NCBI RefSeq assembly: GCF_000143415.4
Contig: NW_003314417.1
Location: 151,219-215,218, forward strand
Length of the DNA: 64,000 bases
Reading direction: 5' to 3'
Source of the DNA: Selaginella moellendorffii
Taxonomy: Eukaryota; Plantae; Lycopodiophyta
The translations under genes were made by a program, and so were the position numbers. Shown piece after piece: positions 24,117 to 35,561 of this stretch. Position 1 is the stretch's first letter, and each line of letters starts with the position of its first letter. Below the pieces are notes generated by a model. It was not told where the DNA came from. It worked only from the letters and a program-made list of their open reading frames with translations, and did not search any database.

Positions 24117-26820
24117 CTTTTGTAAACTTTGTAATACATCTTGCAAATCAATAAAGTAATATATTTCTATAAATCAAGTTTCGTTTCTCTCGTTCTTAGT
24201 ACTTGGGTCAATTTTAGCAGGCTGACTTTGGCACATTGGTGTATGGGTCAAATCCATAACCATGGGGGTAACTATTATAGACTGATCACAAGTCCCCACC
24301 TCTCTCTTAATGACTCATTTTTTAAAAGGGGCGTGTTCGTGTCATTTGATACTTGTCGGCCAATCCTTATGGACACTCTTTCCTTACTGCCACAATGGCA
24401 AGAGGTTAGTACTGCTGTGTAAGCCACAAATTTTTCCTTTCCAATTTGCCAGCTTACCTTGTTTACCTGTCTAACACTGCCTTGGCTTTTGCTAAGTTCC
24501 CTCACCAAGGTTCTTGCCTATGGTACCAGCTCCTACTTGGGCCTATTTGGTTTCAGCTACTCATTGCACAAGCAACAAAGCGTTAGCCATCCATCCACGG
24601 ATTCCCAAATCTCTCCCAATCCCCCTCCCCGGGTTAGACTGGACTTAAGGTTCGGCTACACTCCCTGCAGGCACAAGCAGCCAAGCACACCAAGCCTCCA
24701 GGTTCTTAACACCCCTTGGTACCACAAGACTTGATCATGGGACCCTCTAAATCCCAAGTCTTGGGTGCAACACTTGCTTCGGGACGCCGGGGCGAAGCAC
24801 CGTGGCCTAACAACTCGGTAAGGGTACCTCTACCCACCCACTTCCATCCCGAAGGAAAGGCCCAAGACCCTAGGAAGGGTGAGGACCAATGAGCCACATG
24901 GTACTCAAGTGGGGCACCACTCCACATGAGCCAAGAGCACCACAATCAGTTTCCCTTTCGGGAGTGGGAGCTACTCTTGAGCACTTCCTGGGATGGCCCC
25001 TCCGGCACCACCCAAGTCCCTGCTCACTCCCACCCAAGGCCCCTCGGCCCAAGTCTCAACCTCAAGTCAGTTTGGAAGCACCACTGGAGAGTTCCTTCAG
25101 GACTAGTTCCCGAACCTCACTATCCCTACTATACTTTTGGAACTCCCTGCACCCCCCCCCCCCTGGGAGACGCACGCTTTGGGCTTTCACCCCTTGACCC
25201 GTATTAGTACTCGAACTCAGTCTCTGGCTCGATCTCGGACTCGATCTCGGATCTGACTTCGGATTCGGTCTCGGACTCGATCTCGGATCCAACTTCGGAT
25301 TCGGTCTCGGACTTGATCTCGGACTCGATCTCGGACCCGACCTCGGACTCGACCTCGGACTCGGTCTCGGACCCGATTTCGGATCTCGGACTCCGTCTCG
25401 AACTTGGTCTCGAACTCGGTCTCCGAGTCGGCCTCGGACTCGATTCCGGACTCTATCTCAAACTCGGTCTTAGAGTCAGTCTTGGACTCGATCTCAGACT
25501 CGGTCCCATCCGATGAACTCTTTATCATTTTGGTCATGTTTTCGGGGATCCTTTAGCCTACAACACCTCGGGGAGTTAGTTCCTTACAACTCCACCACCC
25601 ATAGAAGAAGTTCAATACCCACATTAAATGTCTCTTTTTTATCCTACGACTTGTTGACCATGGCTCCGGGGGCATCCCCCACTTCGCGGTGTGCATAAGT
25701 TAGCCTCCCCGGCCAAGAGCCCATGACAACGGAATATAGGTGTCCCTATACTCCTCACCTCACCACGCCCTAGTATGGGGTCGGGACTTGAACCTAGTGT
25801 TGCTTTACTAGAGGGTTGGGACTCAAACCTAACCTCCGTAGAATACGTCTATGGATTCGACATCCCCACAGGGAGCCGGGCGTAGTTCCCTATGCCTGGT
25901 CGACCTAGCTAACCCATGCTAATTAGCTTACCTTCGGCGCGCCTTCGGGTCCCAACATATGCCATTGCTCAACTTCACAAATTGATATTTTAATTGAACT
26001 TTGCATAAGTACATAGAGTTCTGCCTTGCAGAAATTCCTCCACTAGATCTTGCACATTTGCTAGGTTCTCCTCCAGTTCCCATGTTGCTTCACAGTGTGG
26101 AAATCCTTTTCACTTCACATGGAACTCTCTCACCTCGCGTCCTTGTCATTTGCTCTTGTGCGCATTGAGGATGGCCTCGACTTCGTATTCCTCTTCCCCT
26201 TGGATAACCTCAGGTAAAGGTCTTACTTGGTCTTTGCGAAGCGGATCCTCAAAGTACGACTTGAGTAAGTTCACATGGAACACTGGGTGCATCTTCCCCA
26301 TCTCTCAAGGATGTCAGAGACGGTAAGCCACTTTACCGATTCGTGCCTCAATCTCGTAAGGCCCCGCGAACCTGCTTAAAGCTTTATTTCGTTAAAGTGG
26401 GAATTGTCATTATCCCATTTGTAAAATAAGGTTTCCAAACCTTTATATAGTATATAAATATAACAAAATTCAACTGCATTGAGGCACATGCCATTTTATT
26501 TTAAACAAGGAAATGTCTACTCAATCACTTCTCCTCCCCCTGCCACTGCTTCACCTCTCTCTTCTCCTTGTCATCGTCATCCAATTTCTTTCCATCCTTT
26601 TAATATTGGCTCAGTTGCTCCGAGTCTAGGTGGAGCCCAAGTCCCCATTCAATCTTTACTTTCCCCTTATTAATAAAACAACTTCGTAGACTTCCAATAA
26701 CATGCTGTAACACTTCTAGTATAATGCAAATCCTCTCAAAGAATTGTCTTTTAATATTAATACAATGGCATGGAACCCCATGCCATAATAAGTTACATTT
26801 TTAAATAAATACATGCCATC

Positions 26821-27675
26821 TCAGACTGTTATTTTTTGCCTCCAACGCCTATACAATAATCTTGGAATTTCATCACTCTCCACACTATCAGGATTTAAAC
26901 CCAATAGTAATGCCATCTCTTCTCTAATACGTCCACGCTCATGTTCAGTGGTCGAAGAACCCATCCGGTTGAGCAGATTATGGAGATGTGGATAGTGCTT
27001 GGCTAGACAATATACATGCCATAAATGATGACTGGTGTCTGTCCGATCAAATGGCTTCTGATATACCGTTCCATCTACCATTTGGTTGATTTCTGCAGCC
27101 ACCTCTTGGACTGGCCGGTTCTCTATCACCATCGCTTCAAGCCGTTTTGCAAGGTCCCCCAGAACATATGGTTTCTTCTCCCTAGTTTCCATACTGCAAG
27201 AGATGGGGTGCACTGCATATGTGTGCGTGTTCGCTGCAGTTTTAATCGGCGAGTCATCGATGATGAGGATTTCACTTGACCTAGCAGTCCGGTTCATCAC
27301 TACAGCCTCTGGCTTGACGAAGATGGGCTTGCTACCCCTCACATGGACCATAGTCAAGCAATCCTCCTGCGTTAGGAGAAAGTCAAATGATAATATTACT
27401 CGCGTCTGATCGTCTGTAGCAACGTTAATGCATTGTGGCGCATCATGGATGTCCAAACTCCCAATTGCAAATTGAACCCGGCCCTCTGTTTTAAGTGTCA
27501 CATGGTCATTATTAGATCACGCAGTTTCTCCCGTGTGATTAATGTGAATCTGTCTCTTTTGACCAACTTGCGACTGTAGGCTTTGGAGGGTGCAGTGACA
27601 TTCGAGGACGAGCCACGCTCATGGGAGAAAAGGACACCGTTCAGATCAAAAACGATACAGTACTTTCGCCGTGAC
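26821..27675 (-). CDS. FCP1/NIF-family HAD phosphatase-like domain of the cargo gene
   Basis: CIVFDLNGVL, LGVWTSMMRHNA (frame after the stop), FLLTQEDC, KPIFVK, ILIIDDSPIK, AVHP. Confidence 0.75.
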
Positions 27676-29689
27676 TCTGAAATGAAATGCGTCAGCATAA
27701 AAAATGGTACAAGTCAATTTTACCATCTACAATATTAGCGAATGGTGCTCCCGATGGTCGTTGAGAGGGTTTTGGTCGAGGAAACGTGAAGGGCGGAAAT
27801 ACTCTCCTCTGCAATGTGGGGTCAATCGCATCCGATGGCGTGTGGGCACATGCCATTTCAGCTGTAGACTCTGGTACAACTGGCTCAACAGTGGCATGGG
27901 GTGGTTCCGATGGCGTGTGATCACACGCCATTTCAGCTGGTGCCTCCGTTGGCAAAGTGGACATGACCGAATAGGCAGCAGGGGCGGTGTAGGGAGGTTC
28001 CAACGGCACGTAGTCAGACGATTGGGCACATGTTGAGTCCGTTGGAAATGAGGATACGACCGGCTCGGCGGCTGGGGCGGCCTCATGCGGGTCCAATGGC
28101 GCCTGGTCACCGTCAGTTGGATACGTGGACAAGATTGACTCAGTGGTATGGGCAGCATCAAGTGGAGCGTGGTCAGCTTGCTTGGCGTTGATATGGATAG
28201 TAGCCTCCACCAGCTCTGATGACTCTTGCAGGCAAGTAGAGTCCACTGGCGGATCCATATGCATGTCCAAATATCTCCCTTCGATTGAGATGGTATCCTC
28301 CCTACTGGCTACTAAAAACAAACTCATTAGCACATTGAATTGACTATACTATATTTACCATCAACTGCTATTGGGCGCACTGCTGATTCTGAAGGATTGA
28401 ACATACGTTTCGACCCTTGCTTGGCACTATCCTTCCTCGACACTAAAGGCTAGAGTTTGTATCTTAATTCAACTGAATAATCTCTACTTACCATTTCTTC
28501 TGCGACCTACATGAACAATGTTAGAAATGGTAAAAGGTTAGGAATGGATGTACTATTATTTACCTGATGGTTTGTCTTGTATGACCTTCCTCCGCTGCTC
28601 TTTGGCCACCTCAGGCTGGCCATCGTCATCATCATCGTCATCGTTGTTATTGTGATCGTCACCATTGTGAGGACCATCCAAGTCCTCTTCGTCCTCCTCT
28701 TCTTCATCCTCCTCTTCTTCGTCCTCCTCTTCTTCGTCCACCTCTTCTTTGTCCTCCTCTTCGTCCTTCTGCTCTTCCTGCTCATTATCTTTCTCTGGCT
28801 CCTCATCCCCCTCTTGCATTTCTTCCATAGGCTGCTCAGGCTGGATGGCTTGTTTTTCCAGGACCATCTTGGGAAAATCATCTGGCCGAGTCTCCATCTC
28901 AAAATACAAGACATCCATAGCCTGTTTCAGTGCTTGACCTAGGACCGTATCCTCACCCGACTGTCTTAACATGGTTTCTGCACGTTCTTGCACCCTTCGA
29001 AGACGACGAGATGAGAAAAACGTGGCCCTGACTTGAAAAGCATCCCTCATCCATTGTACCTCTCCATTGAGATTGGGGAAGGGGAGTCCACCATAGGAAT
29101 CTGAGTCAGGAGGTGGTGACTGGCTCCTTTCACTCAGCCCTTGATCTGCAATGAATGGCATGAGCACACACGCCATAACCGCGAGGCATTACCTATCATC
29201 TTTTCATTGCCCTTCTTCCTTTTCGAATCAAACGCCTCTGATCCTAACGACTGTCCAACGTGCTTTCGCTTTTTATGACCACTGTCAGTTTGAGCTTGAC
29301 TGGTGCTTGCCTGTTTTGCCTTTGAAGAAGTGTCTCCTGCAAGGAATGGCATGAGACCACACGCCATTGCAAATATAATTTGTACTTCCTTTTTTCCTAT
29401 TGCTTGTCTGTTTGTCCTTCTTCGACGCGCCACCAGTGCGCTTTTCAGTCCTCGTATCTGAATATTCACAACGATCTATAATCAAAATGGCGTGAGGCCT
29501 CACGTGACCTTACCTTGTGCAGGTTGTGAGCTCGGCCTAACATCAGTAGCTGTTAACGCCGTTTCAGCATCTGGGGGTGGCCACGCTCCTGCATACAGAG
29601 CTTGTGAGATAACATTTAAACTTAAAGTGCGTACTCACCAGGTTCGCAGAGAAGATACTGTTTTTCTTTGGCAACTGTAATTATATGCT

Positions 29690-30290
29690 CCATTGAAGTC
29701 ACCTCTTCAATGGAGTTTGTCACCGCAACACACGGGACACCCTTGAGTAGTGCGGCTCGAAAGAATAGTCCGCCGCAGTTGTACTCGACAACGCATTTGC
29801 ACTTGGTGTCACCCGCTATTGCGTTGAAGACCCAGCTGAGCATTTCCCATGCTGCACCTGGAGCTTTCTTTGGATTCGAAAGCTCCATAGCCATCTTCAG
29901 TTCCTCAGGCACGGGTAAATTGACCTCCCTCATATCAACTCGATCGGCCTTGTCGAACGAAGCTGGGAAGTCACTCCAGTCCCACTCTGCTGCAGGACCA
30001 ATAACAAGGGCGAGTGTGAAGATGCGGACATTCGTCGGTATCTTCTTCTTAGCCATTATCCCATGGATCTCCCGCATCTCCTTGCCTTTCAACCGAGCCT
30101 TCACCTCGTTCAAGGCCTTCCAGAACTTGTGATAGGATTCGAGTCGTAGATCATATAGTGGACTGAAGATTCCACCTCCGCAAGTCCCACCATTAAGTCA
30201 ATGATGGAGTTGACTTCGTCTGCATGAGTGATCTCTTCGTTTGTGAAGTCCATCACACAAAAGATGTTCTTGACCTGCTCATCTCCGCGG
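29690..30290 (-). CDS. Degenerate beta-class (N6/N4) DNA methyltransferase-like domain of the cargo gene
   Basis: KKAPGAAWEMLSWVFNAIAGD..CVVEYNCGG..RAALLKGVPCVAV resembles the KP..L..LI...GD.VLDPF.G.G...AA...GR pattern; the expected DPPY motif is degenerate (CVMDFT). Confidence 0.45.
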
Positions 30291-31119
30291 GAAACAATGC
30301 TCCTCCACCTTTGATCCTCATCCGAATTCACGTATACCCGGTAAGGTTCTCGATAGGCCTCTGCTGCAGGGTCGAGCTGTTTCTGAAGCCGGCGGTCGAC
30401 ATCCCTCTTAATGAAATTTGGATACTGATCCAACTTCTCAGCTTTACTTTTCGTGGCATCCCGCAGCAGATCGATGAACTTGGGGGCCCCGTTCACGTAC
30501 TCGTCGATGTCTTCATTTGACAAGTCCAGCTCTTCCATCATCTCTTGCGTGGTGTCGATGCTCACCCTCTCCACGACCACTTGCTCGAAGATCCAATCCT
30601 TCAATAGCGCACGAGCTCTCAGAGTCGTGCACAAGTCCTCGTATGTCACAATATGGCCGGGAGTCATTTTGGTCTTGTTGAAGACTACCTCACCACGTAG
30701 AAGAGCATTAGCCACTGTCAGAAGGTTGTCGTCGTCTAGAGACCGCGAGAAACGCAAGGCATTGAGCTTCAAATCATTGGGCTTCCAGCCGTCCTCCACA
30801 CCCATTGAGTTTAGCAACTCCCCGTCATGGTACCTCCTCAGCACATCTACCCATTTGTCAAAAACAACTTTTGTCGCGAGTAGAATGTTATGGATGCTGA
30901 GTGTGTCATTGACCCCCAGTGTTTTCGAGAGAAGACTCGAGAATTCCTGCAATGGAAATGGCGTGAGGCCACATGCTATGCCACATGCAACAAGGCTTAC
31001 CTGCTAGGCGCTAGTTGCTAGTGCACGTCCTTGTCCTGGTTTTTGTGGCTTCTTCAGTTGAACCCAGATCTTCCGTGTTCGTGCCAATGTCTCGTGCAGA
31101 CCCGATTTGTAGCACCTTT

Positions 31120-31515
31120 CTTGCTTGACATTCTGCGCGTGGGAGATGGATATGATAGATCGGAGGGGCGAGTTGCCTTTTATCAAGCGGACAACTCTTG
31201 TCTTGAAGACTTTCTTCACCTCCTCGCCCACCATAATATCCAGAACTATCTCTTGCATCGCCAAGCTAGAATGCTGCCCGGAGACGGCATAGAACCGAAT
31301 GTTCTGATCGTCCAACACCTTCCTATTGATCAAGTTTGGAAACCTCGTCTCGCCCTTAATTGTTTGGTAGTAGGGGATCACGTCTGCGATGTCGGGTGTT
31401 ACTGGACTTGCCAGCATCTTCTGCTTCAGTTTCTCCACCCACTCATCAGATACTAGCCTGTGGTTGTATTTGCTTTGGATGTCAATACGGCTCACGTCGA
31501 TTGTATATACTTTGT
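31120..31515 (-). CDS. ParB/Sulfiredoxin-like domain of the cargo gene
   Basis: VYTIDVSRIDIQ...NHRLVSDEWVEKLKQKML...FYAVSGQHSSLAMQE resembles the ParB N-terminal fold (GxxR box here GQHS). Confidence 0.6.
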
Positions 31516-32629
31516 TGGAATAGTAACAAGTACTATTATCTGCGATGATTTTTGCTGCCTCTTCTTGCTCTTTCTGCTCTTTGCGGCTCTTCTTTTTGGT
31601 GGGTGTAGTGTTCGAACCCGAGGCAATGGCATCACCGAGTAGCTTCTTTTTTGGAGCAGCAGAGTCAGACGTCGGCTTGAGCTTGACCACCCTTTTCTGC
31701 TTCGGGGTAGTTTCCAGATCGACCCCCTTCCCCTTCGCTTCGCGAACTGGAGGCACTCTCAACGGCTCAATGTTGGAATATAGTTTTTGAACATCGCCGT
31801 AGGTAAGGTCCGTGGATTCCATGTGATCTTCATAGACCCGCAGCGTCTTTGAAATTGTGGGCCTCCTGGACAACCTCTCCCTAGCTCCCTCTAGGAATTC
31901 CTCATAGCCGCTGCCCCCCTCCGGGAAGCCGCTAGGATGTGTAAGGTGGATCTTGAGGGCGGACGCTGTCTCTACCACAAGTGCCAGTCCATATTCTTGC
32001 ATGGAACTGCATGGAGTGTCTGTCACTTGGATGAGGATCCCCATGCATTCTTTTCTCCCACCATCTGTGTTGTACAGCATCAGATCCTCGCCTTCCATCC
32101 CGAAAGTCCAACTGGTGAGCTCCTCCCCCTTCTCTGCATCCACATTGACAGTGGCTGGAAGAAGAACGCAATTCCTCGCCTGTTCAGAAATGCACAACAA
32201 TTAGAGCTGACAGATGAAAAGCTAGCAGCTGGAAATAACGTGAGGCCACACGACATTCACCACTGCATTAGATGTCTTGAGGCTGCATCCTAAGATGGCG
32301 TGAGGCTATACGCCATCTGTAACCAGACTGCACTCGAGAGCCCAATCGGTGCATGCCAATGTTGCTACTGAATGGCATGTGGCCTCATGCCATTTTCTAC
32401 TTGGCCTAAAAGACTTACCATTTGAAGCCGAATGGAGGCCGTGACAATCAAGGCCGGACTCGCTGGCGAATGTGCACTGTGTGTGCAGCGGATCATAGCA
32501 GCAAGGCTACTCTGCCACTTACAGTTGGAGAGTGGCGTTGAAATCTCCCGGGACGCCAAGTGGGCTGCGTGTGGGTGGCGGAGTGGGCGGCGGAGTTGGC
32601 GGCGAAGTTACAAACTGGGTGTGTCTTGA

Positions 32630-32820
32630 AGTGGACGCCGATGCACACGAGCGCGATGCGAGCGCGAGTGTGATGCAAGCGCGAGTGGACGCCGATGCAC
32701 ACGAGAAACCTGTAGAGAAGGGAGCGTGATCGCGAGTGGGAGCGCGATGCGAGCAGGAGCGCGAGTGTGATGCGAGCGCGAGCGCTTGTGTGATGCGAGC
32801 GCGAGCGCGAGTACGAAGCA
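32630..32820. repeat. CpG-rich GCGAGC/GTGTGAT low-complexity repeat, putative promoter/5' UTR of the cargo gene
   Basis: gcgagcgcgagtgtgatgcgagcgcgagc repeats directly upstream of the minus-strand exons. Confidence 0.6.
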
Positions 32821-34029
32821 AAATGCAAAACCTAACCTCACATGCGCGAAATGTCACAACGGTTGGTAATCCCGCCACGTCATCATTCCTCGGACTTGGG
32901 CGCCACCATTAATTTCTGGATTGCCGCGCGCATGCAAGCACGCAGAATCCAAAAGAAATCCGCAACGCCATCATTCCTCGGACTGCATGCACGCGAAATC
33001 CAAAAGAAAGATCATGATTGGGATATCATTTAATACCCTCGCTATATTTATACCATGCATGATTGGATATTCCAAAGCATCTTGTATTTCCAAAAATGGC
33101 AGATGTTCAGCTAAATAAAGAAATTCTATCTGTTTCTATTTTTCTCTCAAATCAATATTATAGCGTGTGGGCTCATGCAATTTTGAACCAAAGAAACCCA
33201 AAAAACGTTGGACCCAAAATATTTTGAAAAAACCCAAAAAACCCTAAACATTTTAAACCCAAAAATCCAGGCGTCTTGTGGCGTTATTCCTTGAATGGCG
33301 TGTGGGCGCATGCCATTTTCAGGGCCAAATGCTGAATGGAGAAAAATTCCCTTTCAGTGCAAATGCTGCAAGAGGCAGATGCCGAGCACAAAGGACTGTA
33401 ACTACCTCACATGACACAGATAAACTTTTCTCTATTTGGCAAAGATAAACTTTATAGCGTGTGGGCTCATGCAATTTTGAACCCAAAAAATGCACCAAAA
33501 AATTCTCGGCGTCATCTGGCGTTATCTCTTGAATGGCGTGGGGCTGCATGCCATTTTCAGGGGCACATAGGAGTATATTCTTAGGATATTCTGACATGCG
33601 CGAGATTGTTTTGAGTTTTCTGGAGATCCAACCGTTAGATCGCAACTAGATTTTACAGAATGGTATACAATGTCTTTCTTGATGACCCTGCAAAGAAGCA
33701 TCTCGATCGGACACCACATGAGACCACACGAGCCTTACAATGTTTCAGGGGCATTTGCCATAGATCCGACTGTTATTTTGCTCCAAGATTTTACAGTTTG
33801 GTGTGCATTGACCTTTCCATCGACACTGCAAAGGGACATCACAATCAGATTTGGGATCACAAGAAACTAACTTCACTAACTCTGGTTTCACCAAGATGTA
33901 CGTAAGGAGTTATGAAATGAAAGGACCCTCTCTATTGAAATATGTTTATGGTCCTAGGGGCATTGTGACATATCAAAGGATTTTGCATCAAGTTCTGTAT
34001 TTGCATGTTTATCAAGCTACTGAATTGCT

Positions 34030-34060
34030 AAACCCTAAACCCTAAACCCTAAACCCTAAA
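34030..34060 (+). repeat. Plant telomere-type (AAACCCT)4 telo-box array
   Basis: aaaccctaaaccctaaaccctaaaccctaaa. Confidence 0.85.
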
Positions 34061-35181
34061 CATGTGGCAAATGCTGCGTGAAGAAAGATGCCCCTTCTGG
34101 GCAAATGCTGTAAGACGCAGATGCCGAGCAGATGTATCTCAGGCTAGCGAAGGGGACAAATGAAAGCTAGCTATAAACATGATGGGATGCAAATAGATTA
34201 TTAGGCTGGTCCTACGAAAATCAAAAACCATAATTGAAAACATTGAAAATGCAAAAAGAAAGGTTTATAATATTTTTGAATTTTAAGCAACCAAAGGAAT
34301 GTAAGTAGGGCATGTGTTTGTAAGTTTAAAAATGCCTCAACCACTTAAATTCAGAAGTAAATAAAGCTGTTTCTATTTTTGGTACAGGTAAACTTTATAG
34401 CATGTGGGCTCATGCAATTTTGAACCCAAAAATGCACCAAAAAATGCTCGACTAGCATTATTCTTTGAATGGCGTGTGGCCTTATATTGCCATAAATGGA
34501 CGTACACACAGAGCATAATTATTCCTTTACACGGCGAATAATCTTGGCGCGGATCGCTGACATGGTATGGCAAAGTTCGAATCACTGACATGGCACAGCT
34601 GGATCGAGGCAAGGACATGATGTGACAAAGTTCAACCTCCGACAGCAAAGTCTAGAAGCTACTCAGTTTGAAATTTGTCAAAGGAGTCATAAGATCTGGT
34701 TTGTCAGAGGATTTGATGTGACATTCAAGCGTGTGTTATTTTTGAATTCTCGAACTCATTCCTAGGTCTATCATTTTTGTGCGCCGTGTTCTTGGTTCCG
34801 CTGAGCGCAGTGAGCGCTGCTTGTGTAAGCGGCGTTGTGGGCTGTGGTTTATTCGTCTACGAGCGGTTGCGGCATTGCGAGCGCCATTGCGGGCGGCAGT
34901 TTATGTGAGTGGCAGTTTGTGCGAGCGGCGCTACGAGCAGTTGCGGTGTTGTGAGCGGCGCTACGAGCAGTTGCGGTGTTGCGAGCGGCACTGTCTTTGG
35001 TGTGGCTACCGCTTCCTCTTGATATTCGGCACTTGTGCTTCTTGGTATGTTCACCATGGAATGGCTTAGGACCACATTTAGAAATGGCATGAGGCCACAT
35101 GCCATCTTGGGCCCTTGCAATTTCATGGCTAGCGTATTGTCATGTATGTTTTTACTTGCCTGCAGCTGTGTGTATATCAAG

Positions 35182-35373
35182 ATGGCATGAGGCCTCATTG
35201 CATCTTTGGCCCCTGCTAGCCTATTGCCATATTCCTTTTGCCTTGCTGCAACTGTATATATTTTTGTATGGGTGACTAGTCACACACACAAAAATATATA
35301 CAGTTGCAGCAAGGCAAAAGGAATATAGCAACAGGCTAGCAAGGGCCAAAGATAGCGTGAGGCCTCATGCCAT
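35182..35373. repeat. Long inverted repeat (~95-bp arms) upstream of the transposase start
   Basis: Centred on gtgactagtcac (35272-35283); arms ...gccttgctgcaactgtatatatttttgt and acaaaaatatatacagttgcagcaaggc... Confidence 0.9.
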
Positions 35374-35561
35374 TAGTGGTACCACTAATGGTATGAGGGC
35401 TCATGCCAATTTTGTGAATGCAAAATTTCACGTGGGTGTCAATAGCATGTTTGAATAATGGCATGTGGCCTCATGCTATTGAGGTTGTTTGGTATGTTAT
35501 GATTTAGGCCATTCTCCAATCATTTTTTGTATGGTCTTAACTTCTTTTCTGCACTTTCAGA

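Larger units (their letters stand above)
26821..32420 (-). pseudogene. Multi-exon cargo gene: N-terminal region, ParB/Srx-like domain, helical region, DNA methyltransferase-like fold, acidic tract, Pro/Ala/Thr linker, FCP1/NIF-like HAD phosphatase; a few disabling lesions
   Basis: ORFs 31004-32200, 30110-30952, 29622-30113, 28556-29176, 27692-28333, 27498-27698 and 26821-27501 are joined by short, mostly GT-AG introns (e.g. 30947-31000); lesions: TAG at 31004, frameshift ~30135, TGA at 27498, frameshift ~27400; start codon uncertain. Confidence 0.7.

Noticed and set aside
28577-28942. Hydrophobic plus-strand ORF resembling a membrane protein
   Set aside because: It is the antisense of the acidic GAR/GAY tract of the cargo gene
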